A stretch of 64,000 nt of DNA from Malacoraja senta (lineage: Eukaryota), in contig CM075989.1 of NCBI GenBank assembly GCA_038087875.1, positions 3,162,001-3,226,000 of the forward strand, given 5' to 3'. Under the pieces are notes generated by a model, which made no database searches, was not told the origin of the DNA, and worked only from the letters and a program-made list of their open reading frames with translations. Made by a program: the position numbers and the translations under genes. Within the stretch, counting starts at the first letter, position 1, and every line of letters begins with the position of its first letter. Shown piece after piece: positions 53,535 through 64,000 of the stretch.

Positions 53535-53838
53535 ACGGCACGGTGGCGCAGCAGTAGAATTGCCGCCTCACAGCGCCAAAGACCAGGGTTCAATCCCAAC
53601 TACGGGTGCTGTCTTTATGGAGCTTGTACATTCTCCCTGTGACCGCGTGGGTTTTCTCTGGGTGCACTGGTTTCCTCCCACTCTCCAAACATGCACAGGT
53701 TTGTAGATTAATTGGATCGGTATAAGTGTAAATTGTCCCTAGTGTGTGTAGGATAGCATTATTGTGCGGGGATCGCTGGTCGGTGCAGACTCGGTGGGCT
53801 GAAGGGCCTGTTTCCGCACTGCATCACAAAACTAAACT
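53535..53838 (+). mobile_element. HE1-type SINE
   Basis: Family consensus match. Confidence 0.9.
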
Positions 53839-54021
53839 AGACTTGGCCTCCACAGCCATCTGTGGCAATGAATTCCACATATTCACCACCCTCTGACTAA
53901 AGAAATCCTTATCACCTCCTTTCTAAAGGTACGTCCTTTTATTCTGAGGCAATGGCTGGGCAGCCATCATGGCCACACCACTGTTCCGCCCTAACGTGTG
54001 CACATTCATGATCACGATGAT

Positions 54022-54315
54022 TTTTAGATGTGGAAGCAGGCCTCTCAGCGCACCAAGTCCACGCCGACCAGCGATCCCCGCACATTAATACCATCCTACA
54101 CACACTTGGGACAATGTACACATACACCAAACCTACAAACCTGTACGTCTTTGGAGTGTGGGAGGAAACCCAAGATCTTGGAGAAAACCGACACAGGTCA
54201 CGGGGAGAACGTATGAACTCCGTGCTGACAGCGCCCTAGTCAGGATCAAACCCAGGTCTCCGGTGCTGCCAGCGCTGTAAGGCAGCAACTCTACCGCTGC
54301 ACCACCATGCTGCCC
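54022..54315 (-). mobile_element. HE1-type SINE
   Basis: Family consensus match. Confidence 0.9.
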
Positions 54316-54485
54316 TTGAAGGTCAACTCTTATGCAGGGTCGTGGCGTATAAGAGTTGACCTGCTTTTGTGTCTGGGACATATAACGTGCTTCCACAGAG
54401 GCAGAACGGCAAGCCCAGCCAAGCACAGCGGGTGCCAAGGATACAGACAATGAATGTACACACATGGCTTTCAGCATCTGCTTAA

Positions 54486-54810
54486 TGGCCCTGTCCCACG
54501 GTACGAGTTCATTCCAAGAGCTCTCCCGAGTTTAAAAAAATCAATCTCGTGATAAGCACGGAGAATGAACGTAGCAGGTACGTCGGAGCTCGGGCACGTC
54601 TCTTAACGGCTCGTAACGCTAACGGCGGGTACTCGGGAAGACTCGCTAACAGCAGGTAAGCTCGGGAAGACTCGTGAAGATTTTTCAACATGTTGAAAAA
54701 TGTCCACGAGAGCCCCGAGTACTGACGAGCGGCCATTACCGTAAATCTCCGAGTTCGAATCAGGGCTCAGGAGAGCTCTTGGAATGAACTCGTACCGTGG
54801 GACAGGGCCA
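54486..54810. mobile_element. PIF/Harbinger-like MITE
   Basis: Perfect ~41-bp TIR TGGCCCTGTCCCACGGTACGAGTTCATTCCAAGAGCTCTCC; TAA/TGA flanks. Confidence 0.85.
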
Positions 54811-55910
54811 TGAGTCTCCCAGAGATATTCACTGCAACAGCCTTTTATAGACCCACAGAACACTATCCAGCATTGCATGGAGCTGTAGTATTGAGCGGCA
54901 AACAGAGAAAGTACCTTTTAAATTGTTAACAGCTTAAATTTCAGAACTGTTATGCTCCAGAATAATTTACTCAACAATTTCTGTTCCATCAACGTTTCAA
55001 AGCCTCAGTGTTTAATCCCATGGAACCAGCTTCAGCTCATTAATATCTTGACAGGGATTCAAAGCACATAAAATTATATTAATCCAAAAATCATTCGGGC
55101 ATAAAATTAGGATTTTAAGGGAAATCTAATTTAAACCTCACATTTCAAGGATCTGTGATCTGTATTATTTTAATCTTTCAACCTCTGAGGATTCACGGGA
55201 TTAAAAAAACATAAGGAATCGTCAAGAGCTAGAAAGAGACATCTTAGAGTCTTCCATAATAACGCTTGAATATATGTGAAGGAAGGAACTGCAGATGCTG
55301 GTTTAAACCGAAGATAGACACAAAATGCTGGAGTACCTCAGCGGGGCAGGCAGCATCTCTGGAGAGGAGGAACGGGTGACATTTCAGGTCGAGACCCTTC
55401 TTCAGACCGAGAGTTAGGGGAGAGGGAAACTAGAGATATGGAAAGACACAAAGTGGGATTAAGGTGTGAAAAGGACAGATCAAAGCAGATGATGATCAAG
55501 GAGATGTTGAATGGCTGAGGGGAAGGGGAGGCATACAGTCGGTGAAATTAATCAGGAGGGCAGTGAAACTAGACGGAGAATTAGGGCAGGGGAGGGACGG
55601 AGAGAGAGGGTAAGCAAGGGTTACTTGAAGTTAGAGAAATCAAAATTCATGCCGCTGGGTTGTAAGCTGCCCAAGCAAAATATGAGGTGCTGTTCCTCCA
55701 ATTTGCATGTGGCCTCACTCTGACTGTGGAGGAGGCCCAGGAGAGAAAGGTCAGTGTGGGACTGGGAGGGGGAGTTAAGTGGTTGGCAACCGGGAGATTG
55801 TGTAGGCCCAAGCGGACTGAGCGTGGTCTAAGTTTAGGTTTATATTGTCACTGTGCCAATGTTAGAGTGAAAAGCTGTATCCCATAACATAAGATACTAC
55901 TACACATAAA

Positions 55911-56199
55911 TATAGAGAAACAGGCCCTTCGGCCCACCGAGTCCTTGCCGACCAGTGATCCCCATATACTAGCATTATCGCACACATTAGAGACAATATC
56001 CAATTCTTACCGAAGCCAATTAGCCTACAAACCTGTACGTCTTTGGAGTGTGGGAGGAACCCGGAGCTCCCTGAGAAAACTCACGCAGGTCACGGGGAGA
56101 ACGTAGAAACTCCGTACAGACAGCACCTGTAGTCAGGATCAAACCTGGGTCTCTGGCACTGTGAGGCAGCAACTCTACCGCTGCACCACCGTGCTGCCC
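55911..56199 (-). mobile_element. HE1-type SINE
   Basis: Family consensus match. Confidence 0.9.
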
Positions 56200-56240
56200 T
56201 TAATCCCACTTTATTTCCACCCAATTCCTCTGAAATGTAA

Positions 56241-56570
56241 CCACAGTGGAGCAGCTGGTAGAACTGCTGCCTCACAGCGCCTGAGAGCAGTGTTTGATCC
56301 TGACCTCGGAGTGCTGTGTGTGTGGAGTTTGCACGACCCCTCAGTGATCGCGTTGGTTTTCTCTGGGTGCACTGATTTACTCCCACACTGCAAAGACGTG
56401 CGGGTTTGTAGGTTAATTGGTCCCTGTAAATTACCCCAAGTATACAGGGGGTAGATTCAAAAGTGGAATAACACAGAACTAGTGTGGCCAGGTGATTGAT
56501 GGATGGTGTCGACTCGATGGGCTGAAGGGCCAGTATCCCATTTTGTATCTTTCAATCAATCAATCAATCA
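56241..56570 (+). mobile_element. HE1-type SINE (diverged, (TCAA)n tail)
   Basis: Family consensus match. Confidence 0.85.
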
Positions 56571-57379
56571 GACTCAAGGCTTACTTGTTTTATTCAAGAT
56601 TTACTGTTCAAATCACCTCGTTATCGCCTCCTCCAAAGTCAACAATGGATCATTGTGGGCTCCAGCTTTCCTTGATCATCGTTGCTGGCTTTGATTCGTT
56701 CTTTTCATACATTTGGTTTTAGTTTACATTTTCCAACCTCTCGTTTCCCTCTCCCCTGACTCTCAGCCTGAAGAAGGGTCTCGACCCGAAACATCACCCA
56801 TTCCTTCTCTCCAGAGATGCTGCCTGCCCCACTGAGTTACTCCAGCATTTTGTGTCTATCTTCGATTTAAACCAGCATCTGCAGTTCTTTCCTTCACATT
56901 GGAAAAGACAGGTTCAAAATGATAAAAGCCCTTCCAGTATATAAATGCCCTGCAAAAATATTTATCGCTTAATCAACATCGCTAGAATATCATTATTGCA
57001 TTAATGTGCTTGGAAATTTACCAACACGACAACATTGATTTCACTTCTAAAAGTATTTCCTGGCTTGTAAAGATGATGAGGGCACTGTGTTTGTGAAATG
57101 CCTGGAAACGAAAGTCGAGGATTGCTTTTCAAAGGTCTCTCTCTCCACCGTGAGGAGACATTACAAGCTTCTCCCTTCACCCGTGGAGGGAATCGGAGAG
57201 TGGCCCCTGCCGAGATTCTCGAGCCACGTTGCTGCAAAAGATCATCATAATTTAACCTCATCATCAGATGTAAGAAAGGCAGGCAAAAACTAACACCACT
57301 GGAGTAACTCAGCGGGTCAGGCAGCCTCACTGGAGAACTTGGATAGGTGACGTTTCTGGTCGGGACCCTTCCTCAGACT

Positions 57380-57725
57380 AGGACTGGGGAATAGGGGGTG
57401 GGATATGGGGCGATGGAGTGGGTGGGGATTGGAGGAGGTGTTTAGGGAGTGGGGGAGGAGTTTGGGGGTGGGGGAGGGTTGGGGGGTGGGGAGGGGATTG
57501 TGGGGTGGGGGGAGACTTTGGAGATTGGGGGAGTGGTTTCAGGGAGGGGTGGGGTTGGGGGTGTGGGGGAGTTTGGAAGCTGGAATGGATGGGAGACAGA
57601 TGATGGGAGGTGAGGGGTGGGTTGTGTGGGGATGGGGTTGGGGTTCGGGGAGATGGGGTTGGTGAAGTTGTGGAAGTGTGGGGGGTGGGGGATGGAATGG
57701 GTGGGAGATGCATTGGGTGGGGGAA
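57380..57725 (+). repeat. G-rich low-complexity tract
   Basis: Dense GGG/GGGG runs separated by short A/T spacers. Confidence 0.85.
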
Positions 57726-57734
57726 TACAAGGTT

Positions 57735-58089
57735 GAGTCTCACCCTGGTCACTCCCACTTCTCCCCTCTCCCACCAGGCAAGAGGTACAAAAGTGTGAAA
57801 ACGCACACCTCCAGATTTCTTCCCAGCTGTTATCAGGCAACTGAACCATCCCTATCACCAACAACCAGAGAGCAGTCCTGACCTCCCATCCTGCTTCATT
57901 GGAAACCCTCGGACTATCATTAATCCGACTTTACTGGATTTTATCTTGCACTAAACATTATTCCCTTTATCCTATATCTGTACACTGTGAATGACTTTAT
58001 TGAAACCATACGTAGCCTTTCCACTGCCTGGATAGTAAAGACAAAAACGCTTCTCCTGTACCTTTTCAATAAACTAAACCAAACTAAAT
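57735..58089 (+). mobile_element. Rex1/Babar 3' fragment
   Basis: HPGHSHFSPLPPGKRYKSVKTHTSRF; homologous to 4085-4440. Confidence 0.8.
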
Positions 58090-58370
58090 AGGTGGCACAG
58101 TGGCGCAGCGGTAGAGTTGCTGCCTTACAGCGCCAGAGACCCAGGTTTTGATCCTGACTACTGGTGCTGTCTGTACGGAGTTTGTATGTTCTCCCCGTGA
58201 CGTTTGAGTTTCCTCTGCATGCTCTGGTTTCCTCCCACACTCCAAAGAGGTACAGGTTGGTAGGTTAATTGGCTTGGTATAAATGTAAATTGTCTCTAGT
58301 GTGTGTAGGATAGTGTTAGTGTGCGGGGGTCACTGGTCGGTGTATCTCTAAAACAACAAAAAACTAAAAC
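58090..58370 (+). mobile_element. HE1-type SINE
   Basis: Family consensus match. Confidence 0.9.
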
Positions 58371-58560
58371 ATCATTCAGTGCGATCATGGATGATTCATC
58401 ACAGCTACAACTCCTCCTCTGTGTCAGATCCCCATAGCAACTCAACGCCCGATCTCTCTAGAGAAGTGAAGACAAACCTTCACGTTAACTATTTCTAACA
58501 GGCTGGAATCCATAACTCTCTGGGGCAGAAGTTGCCACATATTCACCACCCTCCTCGAGT
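58366..58560 (+). repeat. Local duplicate of 61157-61350
   Basis: AACATCATTCAG.GCGATCATGG...CTCCTCGAG shared with few substitutions. Confidence 0.9.
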
Positions 58561-58689
58561 AAGATATCAAGAACTGATCATATGCAGGCAGATGAGATCA
58601 GTTTAACTTGGCAACATGTTAGGCACAGACATTGTGGCCCAAAGGGCCCCTTCCTGTGCTGTACTGTTTATGTTCTATGTTTTTTTTTG

Positions 58690-58990
58690 TTTGGTTTAGT
58701 TTAGCGATATAGCATGGAAACAGGCCCTTTGGCCCATCGAGTCCAACAACCTATGATCACCAGTACTAAAGTTCTACCTTACACACTGGGGACAATTTAT
58801 AATTTACAGAAGCCAATTAACGGATAAACCTGCACGTCTTTGGGATGTAGGAGAGCGCCGTGGCACCCGGAGAAAACCCATGGGGTCACAGGGAGAACGT
58901 ACAAACCTCCGTACAGACAAGTACCCCTAGTCAGGGATCGAACCAGGGTCTTTGGCCCTGTAAGGCAGCAACTCTACCGCTGTGCCACAG
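58690..58990 (-). mobile_element. HE1-type SINE
   Basis: Family consensus match. Confidence 0.88.
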
Positions 58991-59017
58991 TACAGCGTTC
59001 TATGTTTTTGCTGGGTC

Positions 59018-59346
59018 AATCACGGAGAAACGGCGCAGCGGTGGAGTCGCTGCCTTACAGCGCTTGCAGCGCCGGAGACCCGGGTTCGATCCCAACTATG
59101 AGCGCTGTCTGTACAGATTTTGTACGTTCTCCCCGTGACCTGCGTGGATTTTCTCAGAGATCTTCGGTTTCCTCCCACACTCTAATGACGTCCAGGTATG
59201 TAGGTTAATTGGCTTGGTATAAGTGTAAATTGTCCCCAGTATGTGTAGGACAGTATTAGTGTGCAGGGATCGCTGGTTGGTGCGGACCCGGTGGGCCGAA
59301 GGGCCTGTTTCCGTGCTGTATCTCTAAAACTAAAACTAAAAACTAA
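59018..59346 (+). mobile_element. HE1-type SINE (head-insert subfamily)
   Basis: Family consensus match. Confidence 0.9.
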
Positions 59347-59382
59347 ATGCTGGCCTGTATGGAGCTGACCCACTGCTCTCAG

Positions 59383-60120
59383 CAGGGGCGGAAAACCCGG
59401 GGGGGGGGGGGGCAGAGGGGACACGTCCCCCCAAGTTTTTGTGATCCGTATTTTAAAACCGGTGAAATCTCCGCTTTGCGCAAGGCAGTGGGGGTGGGAC
59501 TGAAGATCGAGGGAGCCGATTGGACGAGAGAGACGTCAGTCAGCAGGCAATAGGGGCGGGACATGATGATTCAGCGCGATGATTGGAGGAGGGAGGAGTG
59601 GGGGGGGTGGGCCTGAGGATAGAGTGCGGTGATTGGAGGAGGGAGACGTGGCATAGACCTGCGCTTCATCCGCAGGCAGGATCGATCCCGGCCGGGTCTC
59701 TGGCGCTGTCCTGTCCCTACCCGAGTGCCCCCCCCTTCCACGGGTGGCCGGAGAGGTCAGCAGCAAAGATCCTCCGCTATAGGATCTTTGGTCGGGAGTC
59801 AGACGGGCGCGGTGCCCCCCAGGCCCACATCCAGCGCAGAGAAACAGCGCTAAACCCAGCTAACTCTGCCCTGTCCCACCGGGTGAGCCTATAGCCTTCC
59901 TGGACGCGGGAAATATGGCCAGCGCGGAGAAGCACTGCTGGTGTCCCGTCAGTCCAGGCAGGGCTGTAGTTAACCCGGTGAGACAGGCAGCGTTGAGCTG
60001 CATTTAGCGCTGGATTGAGCCTCCGAAGCCTCGCGTGTGTGTGTGAGTGTGCGCATGCACGCGGCGGCCGACAAAAAATTGTGTCCCCCGTCCCCTCCAT
60101 GTTTTGATAGCGTGTTCCAT
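59383..60120. mobile_element. Probable non-autonomous hAT-like element, right TIR not found
   Basis: CAGGGGCGGAAA start with GGGGACACGTCCCCC; similar GTCCCCCGTCCCCTCC near 60085; CpG-rich. Confidence 0.5.
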
Positions 60121-60840
60121 TCTTGGCTCTCAGTAGCTATGGGACTAACTCTGCCCCTCATCTCTCCACTGAGCCTGGCAGTGGAGCATAGGGGTCAAGG
60201 AAAGAGCATTCACGTCGCGGCCCTGATTCCACCAGCACACACAAAAAGCGACAAGACAGACACCATTGTATGCAGATGCCAAGAAGTGTGTTCAGCTCTG
60301 GCTGGACAACTTCTAATCTTGATGTGGACTCGAGAAGAAGAAGTGAGCATAGACATGCTGGAGTCTCAGTCCCCCTCACTCACTTCAGGACAGGAAAGCA
60401 GGCATACAAAGAGCAACACTATTTACTTGCATCATCTGGCGAAGGGTCCAAACCGAAACGTCACCTATCCATGTTCTCCAGTGAATGTCTCGACCCGAAA
60501 CATCACCTATCCTTTTCTCCAGAGATGCTGGCTAACCTGCTGAGATACCCCAGCACTATTTTTGTCTGTCTTTTTTTTTTAAACCAGCATCTGCAGTTCC
60601 TTGTGTCGACTGGTTGTGTGGCTTTGCTGGCTCTGTGGAAGAAGGTAAGTGTTTGATTATATTTTGCGTTAATTTAATGTAGATTCCTCATTAATTGTTT
60701 GGCACGTTTGAGTATTTAATTAACTTGTTAAAATATCAGTTTACTTTATTAATCATTTTATTTCTTTTAATTATCTGTTTCTAAATTTCTGACAAGCAGG
60801 CAAGGAAACGGGAGCAGGAATCAACCAGCCTGCCCCACTG

Positions 60841-61160
60841 GGGCGGCACGGTGGCGCAGCGGTAGAGTTGCAGCCTCACAGCACCAGAGACACGGGTTCC
60901 ATCCTGACTACGGGTGCTGTCTGTGCGGAGTTTGTACGTTCTCCCCGTGACCACCTGGGTTTTCGCCAAGATCTCCGGTTTCCTCCATGCTCCAAAGACG
61001 TACAGGTTTGTAGGCTTGTAGGTTAATTGGCTTGGGATAAATGTAAATTGCCCCTAGCGTCTGTAGGATAGTGTTAATGTGCAGGGATTGCTGGTCATTG
61101 CAGACCCGATGGGCTGAATGGCCCGTTTCCGCGCTGTATCTCTAAAACTAAAAAATTAAA
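60841..61160 (+). mobile_element. HE1-type SINE
   Basis: Family consensus match. Confidence 0.9.
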
Positions 61161-61496
61161 ACATCATTCAGGGCGATCATGGCTGATTCATCACAGCTAC
61201 AACTCCTCCTCTGTGTCAGATTCCCATAGCAACTCAACGCCCGATCTCTCTAAAGAAGTGAAGACAAACCTTCACGTTAACTATTTCTAACAGGCTGGAA
61301 TCCATAACTGTCTGGGGCAGAAGATTCCACGTATTCACCCCCTCCTCGAGAAAGATATTTCTATGTACCGCAGCTTTAAATGGCCAGTCCCTTATCTTGA
61401 ATTCATATCCTTATGTTCAAGACTCTACCACCAGTGAATCAACATCCACCCTGATATATATTTCAGGAGAATCACCCCTCATTCTTCCAACTCAAG

Positions 61497-61790
61497 GGCA
61501 GCACAGTGGCGCAGTGGTAGAGTTGCTGCCTTACTGTGCCATAGACCCAGGTTCATTCCTGACTTTGGGTGCTGTCTGTACAACGTTGGTGCGTTCTCCC
61601 TGTGACTGCGTGGGGTTTTCTCCAGGTGCTCCGGTCTCCTCCCACACTCCAAAGACGTACAGGTTTGTAGGTTAATTGGCTTCGGTAAAATTGTCCCTGG
61701 TGTATAGGATAGTGTTAGTGTACGGGGTGATTACTGGTCGGCGTGGACTCGGTGGGCAGAAGGGCCTGTTTCTGCGTGTATCTCTAAATA
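61497..61790 (+). mobile_element. HE1-type SINE
   Basis: Family consensus match. Confidence 0.9.
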
Positions 61791-61853
61791 AACGGAAGTA
61801 AAGCTCAACCTATACAGACTTATCCTGTCAGTCTCTGTGGTAGGGAGACTTTG

Positions 61854-62148
61854 TATTTAGAGATACACGGTGGAAAAAGACCCTTCCGCCCACTGAGTCC
61901 ACGCCGACCAGTAATCACCCCGTACACTAACACTATCCTATACACCAGGGACAATTTTACCGAAGCCAATTACCTACAAACCTGTACGTCTTTGGAGTGT
62001 GGGAGGAGACCGGAGCACCTGGAGAAAACCCCACGCAGTCACAGGGAGAACGCACCAACGTTGTACAGACAGCACCCAAAGTCAGGAATGAACCTGGGTC
62101 TATGGCACAGTAAGGCAGCAACTCTACCACTGCGCCACTGTGCTGCCC
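61854..62148 (-). mobile_element. HE1-type SINE (mirror of 61497-61790)
   Basis: Palindrome arm copy. Confidence 0.9.
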
Positions 62149-62483
62149 TTGAGTGGGAAGAATGAGGGGTGATTCTCCTGAAATATATATCAGGGTGGAT
62201 GTTGATTCACTGGTGGTAGAGTCTTGAACATAAGGATATGAATTCAAGATAAGGGACTGGCCATTTAAAGCTGCGGTACATAGAAATATCTTTCTCGAGG
62301 AGGGGGTGAATACGTGGAATCTTCTGCCCCAGACAGTTATGGATTCCAGCCTGTTAGAAATAGTTAACGTGAAGGTTTGTCTTCACTTCTTTAGAGAGAT
62401 CGGGCGTTGAGTTGCTATGGGAATCTGACACAGAGGAGGAGTTGTAGCTGTGATGAATCAGCCATGATCGCCCTGAATGATGT

Positions 62484-62806
62484 TTTAATTTTTTAGTTTT
62501 AGAGATACAGCGCGGAAACGGGCCATTCAGCCCATCGGGGTCTGCAATGACCAGCAATCCCTGCACATTAACACTATCCTACAGACGCTAGGGGCAATTT
62601 ACATTTATCCCAAGCCAATTAACCTACAAGCCTACAAACCTGTACGTCTTTGGAGCATGGGAGGAAACCGGAGATCTTGGCGAAAACCCAGGTGGTCACG
62701 GGGAGAACGTACAAACTCCGCACAGACAGCACCCGTAGTCAGGATGGAACCCGTGTCTCTGGTGCTGTGAGGCTGCAACTCTACCGCTGCGCCACCGTGC
62801 CGCCCC
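62484..62806 (-). mobile_element. HE1-type SINE (mirror of 60841-61160)
   Basis: Palindrome arm copy. Confidence 0.9.
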
Positions 62807-64000
62807 AGTGGGGCAGGCTGGTTGATTCCTGCTCCCGTTTCCTTGCCTGCTTGTCAGAAATTTAGAAACAGATAATTAAAAGAAATAAAATGATTAATAA
62901 AGTAAACTGATATTTTAACAAGTTAATTAAATACTCAAACGTGCCAAACAATTAATGAGGAATCTACATTAAATTAACGCAAAATATAATCAAACACTTA
63001 CCTTCTTCCACAGAGCCAGCAAAGCCACACAACCAGTCGACACAGGAACTGCAGATGCTGGTTTAAAAAAAAAAGACAGACAAAAATAGTGCTGGGGTAT
63101 CTCAGCAGGTTAGCCAGCATCTCTGGAGAAAAGGAATAGGTGATGTTTCGGGTCGAGACATTCACTGGAGAACATGGATAGGTGACGTTTCGGTTGGGAC
63201 CCTTCGCCAGATGATGCAAGTAAATAGTGTTGCTCTTTGTATGCCTGCTTTCCTGTCCTGAAGTGAGTGAGGGGACTGAGACTCCAGCATGTCTATGCTC
63301 CACTTCTTCTTCTCGAGTCCACATCAAGATTAGAAGTTGTCCAGCCAGAGCTGAACACACTTCTTGGCATCTGCATACAATGGTGTCTGTCTTGTCGCTT
63401 TTTGTGTGTGCTGGTGGAATCAGGGCCGCGACGTGAATGCTCTTTCCTTGACCCCTATGCTCCACTGCCAGGCTCAGTGGAGAGATGAGGGGCAGAGTTA
63501 GTCCCATAGCTACTGAGAGCCAAGAATGGAACACGCTATCAAAACATGGAGGGGACGGGGGACACAATTTTTTGTCGGCCGCGCGTGCATGCGCACACTC
63601 ACACACACACGCGAGGCTTCGGAGGCTCAATCCAGCGCTAAATGCAGCTCAACGCTGCCTGTCTCACCGGGTTAACTACAGCCCTGCCTGGACTGACGGG
63701 ACACCAGCAGTGCTTCTCCGCGCTGGCCATATTTCCCGCGTCCAGGAAGGCTATAGGCTCACCCGGTGGGACAGGCAGAGTTAGCTGGGTTTAGCGCTGT
63801 TTCTCTGCGCTGGATGTGGGCCTGGGGGGCACCGCGCCCGTCTGACTCCCGACCAAAGATCCTATAGCGGAGGATCTTTGCTGCTGACCTCTCCGGCCAC
63901 CCGTGGAAGGGGGGGGGCACTCGGGTAGGGACAGGACAGCGCCAGAGACCCGGCCGGGATCGATCCTGCCTGCGGATGAAGCGCAGGTCTATGCCACGTC

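Larger units (their letters stand above)
55274..56899. mobile_element. Penelope-like element with inverted terminal repeats and GIY-YIG C-terminal remnant
   Basis: 55274-55435 is inverted at 56738-56899; minus strand from ~55776 to 55621 reads NSPSQSHTDLSLLGLLHSQSEATCKLEEQHLIFCLGSLQPSGMNFDFSNFK*. Confidence 0.85.
59645..64000. repeat. Large palindrome: arms 59645-61790 and 61854-64000, 63-bp spacer; right arm reaches the window edge
   Basis: The last bases of the window are the reverse complement of sequence from 59645; mirrored ORFs 61397-61675/61957-62247 and 60037-60543/62998-63630. Confidence 0.97.

Noticed and set aside
60600..60650. Consensus splice donor AAG|GTAAGT at 60644/60645
   Set aside because: Isolated motif next to a repeat module with no supportable exon
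61791..61853. Palindrome spacer as a leftover sequencing adapter
   Set aside because: No clear match by eye to a SMRTbell hairpin; an artefact is still not excluded

Overview
Repeat-dense, apparently non-coding (intronic or intergenic) DNA from a eukaryote. The HE1-type tRNA/V-SINEs and HER1/CR1 LINEs point to a cartilaginous fish, probably a skate or ray. I found no host protein-coding exon; every ORF with a recognisable protein signature is retroelement-derived. Contents: about 33 SINE segments, CR1, L1, L2, Rex1/Babar and Ingi/Vingi-like LINE fragments, and about 20 Penelope-like terminal modules carrying a minimal hammerhead-ribozyme motif, often as fold-back pairs. There are also non-autonomous DNA elements (hAT-like, P-like, PIF/Harbinger-like, Helitron, a long-TIR foldback element), a 2.7 kb (TG)n array with higher-order structure and a 200-N scaffold gap. 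A palindrome of at least 4.3 kb (59645-64000) runs off the window end and may be real or an assembly artefact. Family names come from motif recognition, not database searches, and boundaries without a TSD are approximate. Nothing here establishes a new biological system; the best leads are the hammerhead fold-back modules, the palindrome and the cargo-carrying foldback element.
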